This document shows positions 63,495 to 64,000 of a stretch of DNA of 64,000 nucleotides, piece after piece. Within the stretch, counting starts at the first letter, position 1. The number at the start of each line of letters is the position of its first letter. The DNA is taken from positions 11,825,432 to 11,889,431 of the forward strand of contig NC_092679.1 in assembly GCF_964355755.1 (NCBI RefSeq), written 5' to 3'. The notes under the pieces are model-generated. The model was not told the DNA's origin, searched no databases, and saw nothing but the letters and a program-made list of their open reading frames with translations. The DNA comes from Antedon mediterranea (Eukaryota > Animalia > Echinodermata). Made by a program: the position numbers and the translations under genes.

Positions 63495-64000
63495 CTAAAA
63501 TCAAGAGCAGATATTACATATCTCCAATGGCTGATCTCCAAACATTAAATATATATTGGCCTCATTTGTAAAATTTAGGCCAAACATGGAAGCGTCTAAA
63601 TTAATAATTATTATGTTTATTATTATATACACAATAAGTGGTTCGGAATTTGAATCCTGGTCCGGATTGCCACCAATATTTAATGGAGTCACTCTAACTA
63701 TATACTTTTCAGTAGTTTGAATTTGGTAAAGGTCCGTCTAAAATTAGTAACATATTAAAAATATTTGGCGATCCTGGTCCGGATCGCCATATAAATTGAA
63801 TTGAGTCACTTTAACCTTTCAGTGGTTTGAATTTCGTAAGTGGTCCAGATTAGGGTATACATGTAATAGAGTCGTTCGTGACCACATATCTAAACGTGGT
63901 TCAAATTTGGTAAAGATCCTTTTTAGTGTTGAAATTGTTCTGCTAACAGACCAACAAGCATATCGCAGACAAAATATAACTTCATTTGCGGAGGTAATAA
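63495..64000 (-). mobile_element. Helentron-associated (HINE/DINE-1-like) non-autonomous element with internal ~120-bp direct repeats
   Basis: Minus strand begins TTATTACCTCCGCAAATGAAGTTATATTTTGTCTG...GTCTGTTAGC. The block atcctggtccggat.gcca...gagtcact.taac...ttcagt.gtttgaattt occurs at ~63655 and ~63771. Classification is from recalled terminal motifs. Confidence 0.55.

Overview
AT-rich, intron-containing animal genomic DNA, most likely from an invertebrate deuterostome such as an echinoderm (inferred from the hyalin-type HYR array, Deu/Nin-domain SINEs and frequent TAGGCCTA). Four host genes are readable. (1) The last 7 coding exons of WDR92/DNAAF10 (+, 1293-6029). (2) A complete 9-exon fumarate hydratase FH (-, 7039-15149), tail-to-tail with WDR92, whose Arg-rich presequence exon ends in a second Met. 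(3) An intronless rhodopsin-family GPCR (-, 22547-23476), with a relic copy of its 5' end and upstream region 4.4 kb away. (4) The 3' part of a very large hyalin-like type I membrane protein gene (-, 39258 to at least 63360): about 36 HYR modules, then SEA-EGF-EGF_CA-SEA-EGF-TM-tail. The region 15.6-37.2 kb is mostly nested retroelements: two L1/Tx1-like LINEs (one with a 14-bp TSD, inserted in the FH upstream region), two RTE-clade LINEs, CR1/L2 remnants, SINEs, a Penelope-type hammerhead relic and an 18-bp minisatellite. Introns carry several MITE/foldback elements. The most notable signals are the HYR-SEA-EGF receptor architecture with signs of exon-end duplication and a possible inter-module disulfide, a five-copy palindrome array upstream of FH, a covarying 3' RNA structure shared by SINE and LINE tails, and tail-swapped SINE subfamilies. 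All calls were made by eye, no database searches were run, and I found no clearly new biological system.
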